A stretch of DNA of 64,000 bases from an uncultured delta proteobacterium (lineage in GTDB: Bacteria > Myxococcota_A > Polyangia > Polyangiales > B10-G4): assembly GCA_963727445.1 (NCBI GenBank), contig CAVSGI010000027.1:224001-288000 (forward strand). Reading direction: 5' to 3'. A program made the position numbers and the translations under genes. Of this stretch, positions 39,079-48,482 are shown piece by piece; the stretch's first letter is position 1; each line of letters opens with the position of its first letter. Under the pieces are notes generated by a model. It saw nothing but the letters and a program-made list of their open reading frames with translations. It had not been told where the DNA came from and did not search any database.

Positions 39079-40468
39079 CTAGATGCGGAATGGATAGTTG
39101 AAGCTGAAGCTGTCGCGGCTGAATTCGGGCAATCTCGCCCGCCGAACGGCCCGCGCGACGCAGCTACCCTCTCGCGTCCCGGCGAACTCGCCTTGGACCA
39201 CTGCGTTGCGGACGCGGCCGGAGCTGCCGCTGACGGTGATGCTCACGTTCACCACTCCGTGGCGCGTCCCCCCGCAGCCAGAGACCTGCGGCTGGATCCG
39301 CCGCATGGCTGCGAGGACCTGCTCCCGGGTGGGGGTCGCCGTCATACCGCTGCTCCCGGAGCGCGACGTGGGCGCCGCCATCGCCGGACGCTCGGCCCGG
39401 GCTCGACGCATCGCGGGGGGGCGGGACGCGCGCGCTTCAATCGCCGCGCCACCCGCAGCTTCGGAGGCCTCTGGCTCCGGCTCTCTGGAAGCCTCGGCCT
39501 CGGCCATCTCGTCGTCCTCTTCTTCCTCCAACGCTTCCTCGGCCGGGGCCTCCACGACCGCGGCCGCCGTGGCCTCGCGTGCCCGGTCGCCCGGCGCGTA
39601 GTCCGTCGAGGCGCCCGCCGGAATCGGGCGATGCCGGCGTGGACGGATATGCCATGGCCTCTGGCGCCGCGGCCTCCTGCGAGGCGACCGCCAGCGCGCC
39701 CTCGTCCGCGGCGGGGCTCGACATCGTGCTGAGCCCGGTGACAACCACCACGAGAACGGCCGCTGCCGCCGCGAGACCCGAGCCCCAGTAGAAGAGGGTG
39801 CGCCGTCGCGCGCGCTCCGCTTCGAGGTCGACGGGCGGCGGGGGGAAATCGCCGGTGGTCTCCGCGCCCTTGAGGTCGAAAGGCGCGACCTCGGGGATCG
39901 ACGCCCGCTCGTCGCTGATCAAGAGCGGCTTCTTCGGCGCCGGCGGGGGCGCGGCTTCTGCGGGAGGCGGGGCCGAATCGGCGAGCTCCTCGAGCCCCAG
40001 CTCGTCCGCCTCCATCATCTCTACCTGCGACTCGCGCACCACGGGCTTCTGCGGGGGGCGCCGGAGCGGCGCGTTCGGCTTCACCGCCGGCGCATCCTTG
40101 ACGCTGAGACTGGTGAGGTTGGCCAGCGAGTAGTCGGCGGTCTTGGGCTTCGGCTTGGGCGGCGGCGCCTTGCGCGGAGGCTGGCCCTCCTTGTCGCCGA
40201 AGATCGGAGGCGCGACCGGGTCGGGGATGCGCGCGAGATCCTCTTCGAGGCGCTGCTCGATGCGGGTCGCGATGGCCTCGGCGGCGTCGTCGCTGAGCTC
40301 GACCTCTGCGAACGCGCGCAGACCCGCGTCGACCCGCGCCAACGCCTCGGCCTCGGCGCGCGCATCGGCGCCAGCCTCCTCGAGGGCCTTTTCGAGCGCG
40401 TCGTCCAGCGCGAGACCGTCGCCGGCATCGAGGACGCGCTGAATGCGATCGTGAAGCTCCTCCTTCAC
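39079..40468 (-). CDS. Putative anti-sigma membrane protein with C-terminal TonB-C/AgmX-like domain; frameshift at ~39627
   Basis: GTG 40468 overlaps the sigma stop codon; single TM helix (WGSGLAAAAAVLVVVV); the frame switches near SPIPAGAS; C-terminus '..CGG..VSITVSGSSGRV....GSCVARAV...F.....NYPF'. Confidence 0.65.
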
Positions 40469-41079
40469 GAAGCCTCCCTCCCCGCCTCGGCGCCTTCGCC
40501 TTCGGGCATGCTCTCGGCCTTCGACTCTTCGAGCGCGACCTTCAGTCGTCGCCGCGCCTCGTGGATGCGCCACGCCACCGTGCCCTCGGGACAGCCGAGG
40601 ACCTCGGACGCCTCCTTGTGGGGAAGGCCCTGGATCAGCACCAGCACCACCGTCGTCCGGAGGCTGGGCGAAAGCGTGTCGAGCGCGTCGGCGAGCTGCT
40701 TCTGGAGCTGCGCCGTCTCGACGCTGCGGCTCGGGTCGGTGCCGCTGGTGTCGGGATCGGCGGTGGGCTCGGGCACCCGCGGATCGGCGATGTCCGCGGC
40801 CTTCACCCGGCGCCGTTTGCGCAGGAGGTTGAGGCAGACGTTGACGCAGATCCGGTAGAGCCAGGTGGAGAGCTCGGAGCGGCCGTCGAAGCGGGCGATC
40901 GCTCGATAGGCGCGGAGGAACGTCTCCTGCACCGCGTCCTCGGCCTCTCCGCGGTCCGCGAGCATCTGGACGGCGCAGGCGAAGACACGGCGCTGGTGGG
41001 CGCGCACCAGTTGGCCGAACGCCGCCTGGTCCCCTCCTTTTGCCGCCTCGATGAGCTCCGCTTCGTTGGACTCGGCCAT
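40465..41079 (-). CDS. ECF-type RNA polymerase sigma-70 factor
   Basis: GDQAAFGQLV, AEDAVQETFLRAY, FDGRSELSTWLYRI, EVLGCPEGTVAWRIHEAR. Confidence 0.92.
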   Translation of the reverse strand: MAESNEAELIEAAKGGDQAAFGQLVRAHQRRVFACAVQMLADRGEAEDAVQETFLRAYRAIARFDGRSELSTWLYRICVNVCLNLLRKRRRVKAADIADPRVPEPTADPDTSGTDPSRSVETAQLQKQLADALDTLSPSLRTTVVLVLIQGLPHKEASEVLGCPEGTVAWRIHEARRRLKVALEESKAESMPEGEGAEAGREAS

Positions 41080-41204
41080 GAGCGATGGGCTCCGGCACGG
41101 CCACCCGACCCAAGCCGGCCGACACCACGGGGCAACCCCGGAGATTTCCGCAGCGTAAGCCATCGTCGCCCACTAGGACAACAACGGATGCCCAAGCTTT
41201 TGCC

Positions 41205-41831
41205 CCACCAACGAAAAGGCGTGGCCCAGCCGGAGCGAAGCTGCGCGCAGGGCGCGAAAGCGCCCGGAGCGCCGCGCAGCGCAGGCTGGGCCACGCCGGG
41301 ATTGCGCCCCACCAACGAAAAGGCGTGGCTCAGCCGGAGCGAAGCTGCGCGCAGGGCGCGAGAGCGCCCGGAGGCGCCGCGCAGCGCAGGCTGGGCCACG
41401 CCGGGATTGCCTCCACCAACGAAAAGGCGTGGCCCAGCCGGAGCGAAGCTGCGCGCAGGGCGCGAAAGCGCCCGGAGGCGCCGCGTAGCGCAGGCTGGGC
41501 CACGCCGGGATTGCCTCCACCAACGAAAAGGCGTGGCCCAGCCGGAGCGAAGCTGCGCGCAGGGCGCGAAAGCGCCCGGAGGCGCCGCGTAGCGCAGGCT
41601 GGGCCACGCCGGGATTGCCTCCACCAACGAAAAGGCGTGGCCCAGCCGGAGCGAAGCTGCGCGCAGGGCGCGAAAGCGCCCGGAGCGCCGCGCAGCGCAG
41701 GCTGGGCCACGCCGGGATTGCCTCCACCAACGAAAAGGCGTGGCTCAGCCGGAGCGAAGCTGCGCACAGGGCGCGAGAGCGCCCGGAGCGCCGCGCAGCG
41801 CAGGCTGGGCCACGCCGGGATTGCCTCCACC
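41205..41831 (+). repeat. Six tandem 103-104-bp nested-hairpin repeats (REP/BIME-like)
   Basis: Units start at 41205, 41309, 41413, 41517, 41621 and 41724. Each has a 14-bp outer stem GGCGTGGC(C/T)CAGCC/GGCTGGGCCACGCC enclosing GCGAAGC, GGGCGC-GA(A/G)A-GCGCCC and GCG(C/T)AGC. Confidence 0.95.
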
Positions 41832-41893
41832 GGTCCCAAGACCGGCGCCGCCCCGCGTTTTCGCGAGGGCTGCGCCGCCCCGGCCCACTTCCT

Positions 41894-41922
41894 TTGACCC
41901 TTCGCTCGACTGAACGGATAAT
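41894..41922 (+). promoter_or_regulatory. Putative sigma70 promoter of the PilZ gene
   Basis: TTGACC (41894-99), 17-nt spacer, GATAAT (41917-22); the GTG start is 8 nt downstream. Confidence 0.55.
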
Positions 41923-41930
41923 CGCGTCCG

Positions 41931-42335
41931 GTGAGCGAGGAAGAAGAGGAGCAGGATCGGCGGGACGACTACCGGCTGCCCATCGAGCTGAAGGTGGAGT
42001 ACAAGCGCCTGAACTCGTTCTTCGCGGACTACACCCGGAACATCAGTCGGGGCGGGACCTTCATCCGCACGCAGAAGCCCCTCGACATCGGCACCGAGTT
42101 CCTCTTTCGGATGAAGGTGCCCAAGCTCGACGACGCCCTGGTGCTCAAAGGCCGCGTCCAGTGGATCGTGAACCCCGAGGACGCCACCCCCGACCAGGAG
42201 CCCGGCATGGGTATCGGCTTCATCTACGAGTCCGAGGCCGACCGGGAGCGCATCCGGCAGATCGTCGAGACCCTGATGGTGGACAGCCTCGGGCCGGTCC
42301 TCTACGAAAAGATCATGAACCGCTTCGGCGGCTGA
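41931..42335 (+). CDS. Myxobacterial PilZ-domain protein (TIGR02266-like)
   Basis: RRDDYR (RxxxR), NISRGGTFI (NxSxxG), GRVQW, PGMGIGF. Confidence 0.88.
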   Translation: MSEEEEEQDRRDDYRLPIELKVEYKRLNSFFADYTRNISRGGTFIRTQKPLDIGTEFLFRMKVPKLDDALVLKGRVQWIVNPEDATPDQEPGMGIGFIYESEADRERIRQIVETLMVDSLGPVLYEKIMNRFGG

Positions 42336-42342
42336 TCCGACG

Positions 42343-43113
42343 CTACTCGGCCCCACCGATTCGGATCGCGGAGAGCAGCGCGCTCAGATCCTGCAGATCG
42401 TCGGCGTCTCCGCCGGGAGCGCCCGCGTAGCCGACGACCAACAGGAGCGCGAAGCGCCGCTCGCCGAGGGCGCTGTGCTCCGAGAGCGTGAAGGGCGTGC
42501 GCAAGAGGACGTACGCCTCGCGCGCAATCCCTTCGGGAGGCGCACGTCGCGCCCGGACCACGATGCCGCGCGCCTCCTGCCCCGCCACCCCGAGGGGCGC
42601 CTCGTCCAAGAGGTGCACCGAGTCGATGCTGGACTCGTCCTCGGGTGCGAGTAGCGACTCGCCCAGGAACGCGTCTCGCCCGCGCGCCAGGTCCCGCGCG
42701 TAGAGGCGCCCGAGCTCGCGGAGCGACGCGTTCGCGAGGTGGGCCGGAACGGGCACGCGGCGAACCCAGAGAAGCGCCCCATCGCTCTTTCGCCGGAGCC
42801 GCAGGTCGTAGAGGTGACCGTGGCCGATGTCGTCCGCACGCCCATCTCCGTCGACGTCGATGCGGATCGGGCCCGCCCACTCGGGACCGCGCCGTGGGAC
42901 CTTTCGCTCGCGCCCGCGCAGGCGACGGATGTGTGCGAAGCTGTCGAGCTCCCACGCCTCCGAGACGAAGGTCCCCACCCCGGCATCCGCGAAGCGCACC
43001 AGGTACGGCGCGTGCGAGCTCTCGAAGCCGCGCGCCGTCAGACGCCCGGGCGCCTGAGACGACGCGCAGGCGACGAGCGTCGTGAGCGCGAGGAGGGAGG
43101 CGATGCGGCTCAT
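42343..43113 (-). CDS. Hypothetical lipoprotein
   Basis: Lipobox LVAC; contains a DVDGDG Ca-binding-like motif; start overlaps the upstream stop codon. Confidence 0.65.
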   Translation of the reverse strand: MSRIASLLALTTLVACASSQAPGRLTARGFESSHAPYLVRFADAGVGTFVSEAWELDSFAHIRRLRGRERKVPRRGPEWAGPIRIDVDGDGRADDIGHGHLYDLRLRRKSDGALLWVRRVPVPAHLANASLRELGRLYARDLARGRDAFLGESLLAPEDESSIDSVHLLDEAPLGVAGQEARGIVVRARRAPPEGIAREAYVLLRTPFTLSEHSALGERRFALLLVVGYAGAPGGDADDLQDLSALLSAIRIGGAE

Positions 43114-43859
43114 GGAGACACAGGTACCGTGAGCGCCAGCTCGAGCGCCACCGAAAGAGTGGAGTTGCCGGGGACCTCTGGATAGCCGACGAAACGCAGC
43201 CGCGCGCCCACGTCCCAGTTGGTCCTGGGGCCGAGCAGAAAGCCCACCTCGCCGCGGAGCTCACCGACGGCGCCCGACCGATCCCCGAAGGGCGCGAGCA
43301 CGCCGTCGGCGCTCTCGGCCCGACCGAAGAGCCAGCCGAAGCCCACCCCCAGCCCCGCGCCGAGATAGAAGCGCGACGCGGGCCTCAGGCGCGCAGCGAG
43401 GGTGATGGACGGGCTCAGGACAGAGACGTCTCGAGCGATCGGCGCGCCTGGCGACGTGTCCTGGCTGAAGTCGCCGTAGTGAAGGAAGCGCAGCCCCGCC
43501 TCGAGGCTCAGCTCGAGGAGCTCCGTGATCCCGAAGCGGCCGCCGACGAAGACCAGGCCTCCCGGTGCGGCGTGGGTGCGTGCCTCGCCGAAGAGCACGG
43601 CCGAAGGCCACACCCCGAGCTCGTAGACGAGCGCCGCGCCGACCGACAGGGAGAGCGGGCCGTCCCAATCGGTGGTGGTCGCGACGGGGCCGGGCTCCCG
43701 TGGCGGCGGATGCGCTTCGCGAAAGGCCGGCGAGAAGCCCGGCTCGTCCGTCGCTTCGGTCTCGGGTGCGTCGAGCGCGCCGCCCCCTTCGTGGCGGTCC
43801 TGGGCCTCTGCGCGTCCCCCGAGGAGACAGAGCGCGACGAGCGCCGCCGTGACCCCCAC
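43110..43859 (-). CDS. Hypothetical exported protein, outer-membrane beta-barrel-like
   Basis: Signal peptide ending AEA; alternating G/aromatic beta-strand patterns (FYLGAGLGVGF, ELRGEVGF, WDVGARLRF). Confidence 0.55.
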   Translation of the reverse strand: MGVTAALVALCLLGGRAEAQDRHEGGGALDAPETEATDEPGFSPAFREAHPPPREPGPVATTTDWDGPLSLSVGAALVYELGVWPSAVLFGEARTHAAPGGLVFVGGRFGITELLELSLEAGLRFLHYGDFSQDTSPGAPIARDVSVLSPSITLAARLRPASRFYLGAGLGVGFGWLFGRAESADGVLAPFGDRSGAVGELRGEVGFLLGPRTNWDVGARLRFVGYPEVPGNSTLSVALELALTVPVSP

Positions 43860-43867
43860 CGCCGGCC

Positions 43868-44443
43868 TCAGAGCTTCAGCCGCCCAACCGCCCAGTGAAC
43901 ATCGGGATGCGGCCGGGCGATCAGCTCGCGCCCGGCGCGCAATCCCGGCTCGACGACCTCGTCTCCGGCTTCGAGGGACGCTTCCACTGCGTCCTGCGCG
44001 CCGACGAAGACGACGTAGCCCTTGCCGTCGATGCCGCGACAGAGGTGGAGCGCGACGAGCGCGACCTCCGCGGTCTTGAGCGCCGCATCGGCGGCGAGGA
44101 GCGTGGCCGCCGCAGTGCGCATCTCGAGCGTGCCGAGAGAGCCGTCGATGGGCGGCGGTGCGATGCCTTCGAGGGCGCTCGGGAGCGCCCCGTGGACGCC
44201 CGGGAGAACGAGCTCGTCGAGGATGTCCGCGCCGGCGAGCTCGCGCCCCGCATCCATCGATTCGAGCACTTCCTCTTCGCCGCCCGCGAAGACCAGGAGG
44301 TACTTGCCCGGCGTGATGGGATCGGCGCGGAGGATCCGCACCGGCGCGCGTTTCACCAGCGCGTCCGCCACCGAGAGCCCGCGCGCGATCGAGGCGACCT
44401 CGAGAACGGCGAGCGCTGGCGGCGTGGAGGGGTCGTGGACCAT
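43868..44443 (-). CDS. BMC shell protein, tandem-domain BMC-T (single-layer, PduT-like)
   Basis: Two BMC domains: ALAVLEVASIARG..VADALVK.A.V...ITPGKY and LGTLEM......AADAALKTAEV...GIDGKG...IARPH. Confidence 0.88.
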   Translation of the reverse strand: MVHDPSTPPALAVLEVASIARGLSVADALVKRAPVRILRADPITPGKYLLVFAGGEEEVLESMDAGRELAGADILDELVLPGVHGALPSALEGIAPPPIDGSLGTLEMRTAAATLLAADAALKTAEVALVALHLCRGIDGKGYVVFVGAQDAVEASLEAGDEVVEPGLRAGRELIARPHPDVHWAVGRLKL

Positions 44444-44448
44444 CCCTC

Positions 44449-45987
44449 TCACACGATGCGGAAGTGATCTTTCAGCGTGCAGCGCCGCTCGCGGGTGAAG
44501 GTCCGACAGGTGGTGAGGCCCTCGCCCGTCGGGCTGGCGATGGTCCAGCTGGTGTAGCCCTCGCCTCCCGCGCCGATGCCCGCAAAGTTCGGAGCGTTCT
44601 TGACGAAGATCGAGCTGTTGCAGACCCGCGCCATGCGGCTGAGGTTGTCGATGCTCGTCGAGTACATCACCGCCGTGTGGCCGTAGCCGTGCTCGACGCG
44701 CTTCGCACACTGGATGGCGGACTCGACATCAGGCTGGCGAACGACGCCGACGACGGGCATCAGCATCTCGGTCTGCACGAAGGGATGGTCTTCGGGCACG
44801 TCGGCGAAGAGGAGCCTGAGGTCGCCGTCCACCCGCTTGCCGGAAGCCGCGAGCAGCACGGAAGCGCTCCGGCCGACGAAGTCTCGGTTGATGTGATTCT
44901 CGCTGTCGAGGAGCGTCTTTTCGAGGGCGCGGAGCTCGGACTGGCTGAGCTTGTAGGCGCCGTGACGCTGCATCTCCTTCATCAGCTTGTCGGCGATGTC
45001 GGAGACCGCGACGACCTCCTTCTCGCAGGTGCAGATGACGTTGTTGTCGAAGGAGGCGCCGGCGATGACGCCGCGGGCCGCGCGCTCGATGTCGGCCGTC
45101 TCGTCGACCACCACCGGCGGGTTGCCAGGGCCGGCGCTGATGGCGCGCTTGCCGGAGCGCATCGCTTCCTTGACGACCGCGCCGCCCCCGGTGACGACCA
45201 CCAGGCGCACCCCTTTGTGGCGCATCAGGTTCTGCGCGGTCTCGATGGTGGGCTCGGCGACGCAGTTGAGGAGCTCGGCGGGACCGCCAGCGTCACGGAT
45301 TGCCTCGTTGAGGAGCGCGATGTACCAGGCGCTGGTGCCGCGAGCGAGGGGATGGACGTTGAAGACCACCGAGTTGCCGCCCGCGACCATCCCGATGCCG
45401 TTGTTGATGATGGTCTCGGTCGGGTTGGTGCAGGGCGTGATCGAGGCGATGACGCCGAAGGGCGCGCGCTCGAGGAGCATCAGTCCGTCGTCGCCGCTCT
45501 GCGCGATGGGCTCGAGGAACTCGGGGCCGGGCGTCTTGGTGATGGCGACGCGGTTCTTGATCAGCTTGTCCTCGACGCGGCCGAGGCTGGTCTCCTGGAC
45601 CGCTCGATTCGCCATCTCGTCGAGATGCGCGAGGGCCACCTCGCGCATGCGGCGCACGACGGCGTAGCGCGTCGCGAGCGGCATCTCGTCGTACTCCTCG
45701 AAGGCGCGGCGCGCGGTGGCGACGGCGGTGTCGAGGTCGTCGTGGACGCCAGGGCGGCGGCCGCGCGTGTGCACCGCCGGTGCGGGCGCCGCGTGGGCCA
45801 CGAACGCCGACGCCGGATGTTCGGTGACCCGCTGGCCCGCGCCCACGGTGACCGCCTTGGCCTCCGAGGGCGGGAGCTGCTCTTCGACGACGTTGACCGA
45901 GAGGCGGCTGCGCAAGCGCCCCACGACCGCGTCGACGATGGCGTCGAGGGTGGGCTCGTCGAGCCCGCCGGTGGGCTGGCGACGCAT
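44449..45987 (-). CDS. BMC-associated CoA-acylating aldehyde dehydrogenase (EutE/PduP-like) with N-terminal encapsulation peptide
   Basis: PFGVIASITPCTNP, VTGGGAVV, GPGNPPVVVD, FDNNVICTCEKE (catalytic Cys), EMLMP, GGEG...TIASPTGEG; N-terminal amphipathic LDEPTLDAIVDAVVGRL followed by a linker. Confidence 0.92.
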   Translation of the reverse strand: MRRQPTGGLDEPTLDAIVDAVVGRLRSRLSVNVVEEQLPPSEAKAVTVGAGQRVTEHPASAFVAHAAPAPAVHTRGRRPGVHDDLDTAVATARRAFEEYDEMPLATRYAVVRRMREVALAHLDEMANRAVQETSLGRVEDKLIKNRVAITKTPGPEFLEPIAQSGDDGLMLLERAPFGVIASITPCTNPTETIINNGIGMVAGGNSVVFNVHPLARGTSAWYIALLNEAIRDAGGPAELLNCVAEPTIETAQNLMRHKGVRLVVVTGGGAVVKEAMRSGKRAISAGPGNPPVVVDETADIERAARGVIAGASFDNNVICTCEKEVVAVSDIADKLMKEMQRHGAYKLSQSELRALEKTLLDSENHINRDFVGRSASVLLAASGKRVDGDLRLLFADVPEDHPFVQTEMLMPVVGVVRQPDVESAIQCAKRVEHGYGHTAVMYSTSIDNLSRMARVCNSSIFVKNAPNFAGIGAGGEGYTSWTIASPTGEGLTTCRTFTRERRCTLKDHFRIV

Positions 45988-46310
45988 CAGCTACCCCCTC
46001 GCACTTCCGCCGAATCCTCGCCGTACTTGTCGTAGTCGACCTGCCCTCTCGTCTCGACGGTGTCGACGATGGCCATGATCACGCAGTCCACTGGCCGGTC
46101 CTTGGTGAGCACGGTCTGACGCGCGCTCGAGCCCGAAGCGTAGAGCACGACCTCCCCCACGCCGGCGCCGACCGCGTCGGCCGCGACGAGGGTCGCCCCT
46201 TGAGGTTTGCCGTCCAGATCGCACTGCTTGAGGAGGAGGAACTTGAGGCCTTCGAGCTCCTCCTCCTTCCGGCTGGCGACGACGGTCCCGATGACGCGCG
46301 CCAGATACAT
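45987..46310 (-). CDS. BMC vertex protein BMC-P (EutN/CcmL family)
   Basis: [46 protein letters not shown]. Confidence 0.93.
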   Translation of the reverse strand: MYLARVIGTVVASRKEEELEGLKFLLLKQCDLDGKPQGATLVAADAVGAGVGEVVLYASGSSARQTVLTKDRPVDCVIMAIVDTVETRGQVDYDKYGEDSAEVRGGS

Positions 46311-46316
46311 GGCCCG

Positions 46317-46607
46317 TTACTCGGCGGCGTCGCCGCGACCGAGAGGCAGGCTCGTATCCACGTTCGCATGCGGACGCGGAATGACGTGCACGCTCACGAG
46401 CTCACCCACGCGCTCGGCGGCGCGGGCCCCGGCCTCGGTCGCCGCCTTGACGGCTGCGACGTCACCGCGAACCACGGCGGTCACGTAGCCGCCGCCGATC
46501 TTCTCGTAGGTCACGAGCTCCACGCGAGCGGCCTTCACCATGGCATCCGCGGCCTCGACCATGGCCACGAAACCCTTCGTCTCGATCATTCCCAGTGCGT
46601 CTGCCAT
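46317..46607 (-). CDS. BMC hexamer shell protein BMC-H (EutM/PduA/CcmK family)
   Basis: ALGMIETKG....[11 protein letters not shown].......[16 protein letters not shown]...HVIPRPH. Confidence 0.96.
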   Translation of the reverse strand: MADALGMIETKGFVAMVEAADAMVKAARVELVTYEKIGGGYVTAVVRGDVAAVKAATEAGARAAERVGELVSVHVIPRPHANVDTSLPLGRGDAAE

Positions 46608-46639
46608 CTATTCTTTCTCTCTGTTGGGAAAGTGGGTGC

Positions 46640-47275
46640 TCAGCGGTTGAGCTGAACCTTCTCGGAGATGCCTTCGATGCCTTCGATCGCCTTCTGCGCC
46701 GCTTCGGCAGCAGCGTCGATCTCGGCCTCGGTGCCGCTCATGTAGAGACGCCCGAAAGCGCCGTAAGGGCGGATGTTCACCAGAAAGACGTTGGCGGCCT
46801 TCTCCGCTTCGTTGGCGGCGAAGGTCACGTAGCCGGCGGGGCTGGTCTCCATCAGGAAGAGCGACTGCCCCGGCAGGATCATCATCCCCGCGCTGTTGCG
46901 GTTCACGATCTGCGCCTGGTACGGCTCGATGGCGCGGATGATCTCGTGGGTGACCACGTTGGGCTGGATGCGCTCCTCTTCCTTGACGCCGAGGCCGTCG
47001 AGGATCGCCTTGCCGGCGTCCATGACCTGCCCCTTGTCGTCGGCGTGCACCTCGAGCAGGCCATAGGCGCGCTCGACCACCTGAACGGCGGGCGCCACCT
47101 TGGTGGCCTTGAGGGCCGTGTCGGTCACACGGTTGATCGCCATGCCGGGAGCCGTCTCCACCCACAGAGACGCCTGGTTCGGAACGGGCAGGAAGCCGCG
47201 CGCCGTCTTGCCGATGAAGGAGGCGAGCTGCGGCTGCAGGCTGTCGAGAAAGACGTAGGTCCGAAGCGTGATCAT
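46640..47275 (-). CDS. BMC shell protein, permuted double-stacking BMC-T (CcmP/CsoS1D-like)
   Basis: [48 protein letters not shown]...AANEAEK, GAFGRLY. Confidence 0.92.
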   Translation of the reverse strand: MITLRTYVFLDSLQPQLASFIGKTARGFLPVPNQASLWVETAPGMAINRVTDTALKATKVAPAVQVVERAYGLLEVHADDKGQVMDAGKAILDGLGVKEEERIQPNVVTHEIIRAIEPYQAQIVNRNSAGMMILPGQSLFLMETSPAGYVTFAANEAEKAANVFLVNIRPYGAFGRLYMSGTEAEIDAAAEAAQKAIEGIEGISEKVQLNR

Positions 47276-47462
47276 CGGGCGCGCGAAGCTAGCAGGGGGG
47301 ACGCCAAATGGGAATGGGCAATTCGGGCCGAAAATCGAAGGGAAACGCGGCTGGGTCGCCCCCACATCGGGGGTCGCGGGCTTCGGATCGCGTTCGAGGC
47401 GCGGGTCGACGCCAGCCAGCCCCGGCTGTCGAACGCCGAGATGTGAGCTCGTCGTGAGGGCT

Positions 47463-48482
47463 TCACCGCGCGACGAGGATCAACACGTCGTCGTTGTCGC
47501 GCCCGAAGTGCGCGAGCAGATGCTCGGCGATGGCGACCGGGTGACGGCGCAGGAGCGCCCGCTCCTCGGAGATGTCGACGCGCGTCGTGAGCCCGTCGGT
47601 GAACATCACCACGACGTCGTGTTCGCGTAGCTCCTCGCGCTCCACCTTCCAGCCGCCCCTGCGTGCTCGCTTCTCGCCGAGCACACCCGCGCCGGACGCG
47701 ATGCAGACGCACTCCCTCGGGCGGTAGATGTGGGTGCGGATGTCGCCGAGGGCCGCCTGCTCGAGCTGGCGCATCTGGTGGTCGATGCGAGCGGCTGCCA
47801 TGACGACGCCCCTCGTTCCTCGCAGCGCCTCGTCCACCGCGTCGAGGATCGCAGCGGGCGCCTCTTCGGCTCGCTCGCGGAAGCACGACGACGCGGTGGT
47901 CGCGACGTCCTGCGCCAGGATCCCGTGTCCGAGGCCATCGATGACGCCGAGCGTGAGGTGTTCGTCGCCACGAACGAACGCGCCGTCGTCCCCGCTGTCG
48001 GTCTCACCCACGCAGGGCCGGCCGAGGATGGCCACCTCGCAGCGGTAGGGCGGCGGCGCCTCGAAGCGCCGCGCCCAGACGCAGGTGCCCCGGTCGATTC
48101 GAATGTCGAAGTCGAGCTCGTCGCACGCCTCCCGCACCGCGGCGAGACCCTGCCCCAAGCTCCCGCTCGCGCGGCCGACCCCGTCCAGGGCGAGACCAGG
48201 CTCCAGGATCCCTTTTCCTCGATCGGCCGCCACCAGCTCCATGCCCCGCACCCCTGCCCGGACGACGGTGCGCGCCGCGATGCGCCCTGCCCTGGCGTGG
48301 CGCAGCTGGTTGCGCGCGAGCTCCGTCGCGACCGTGGCCATCGTCTCGAACTCCGTGGTTGGCAGCCCCATCTCCGCCCCCAGCGCTCGCACCCGCTGGC
48401 GCACGAGCGTGAGGGATGCGTCGTCGAGGACGGGGATCGCCTCGGCATCCCCCAACCAGGCGCTCACCGGGTCCGCTTCCAC
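47463..48482 (-). CDS. RsbT-like HATPase domain fused to PP2C/SpoIIE phosphatase (RsbX-like)
   Basis: [43 protein letters not shown] metal-binding motifs. Confidence 0.85.
   Translation of the reverse strand: MEADPVSAWLGDAEAIPVLDDASLTLVRQRVRALGAEMGLPTTEFETMATVATELARNQLRHARAGRIAARTVVRAGVRGMELVAADRGKGILEPGLALDGVGRASGSLGQGLAAVREACDELDFDIRIDRGTCVWARRFEAPPPYRCEVAILGRPCVGETDSGDDGAFVRGDEHLTLGVIDGLGHGILAQDVATTASSCFRERAEEAPAAILDAVDEALRGTRGVVMAAARIDHQMRQLEQAALGDIRTHIYRPRECVCIASGAGVLGEKRARRGGWKVEREELREHDVVVMFTDGLTTRVDISEERALLRRHPVAIAEHLLAHFGRDNDDVLILVAR

Noticed and set aside
41205..41831. CRISPR array
   Set aside because: The units are near-identical along their whole length, with no unique spacers, and there are no cas genes in the window.
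41085..41897. ORFs spanning the tandem array on both strands
   Set aside because: They are open only because the GC-rich repeat lacks stop codons. The unit length is not a multiple of 3 and the translations are not protein-like.
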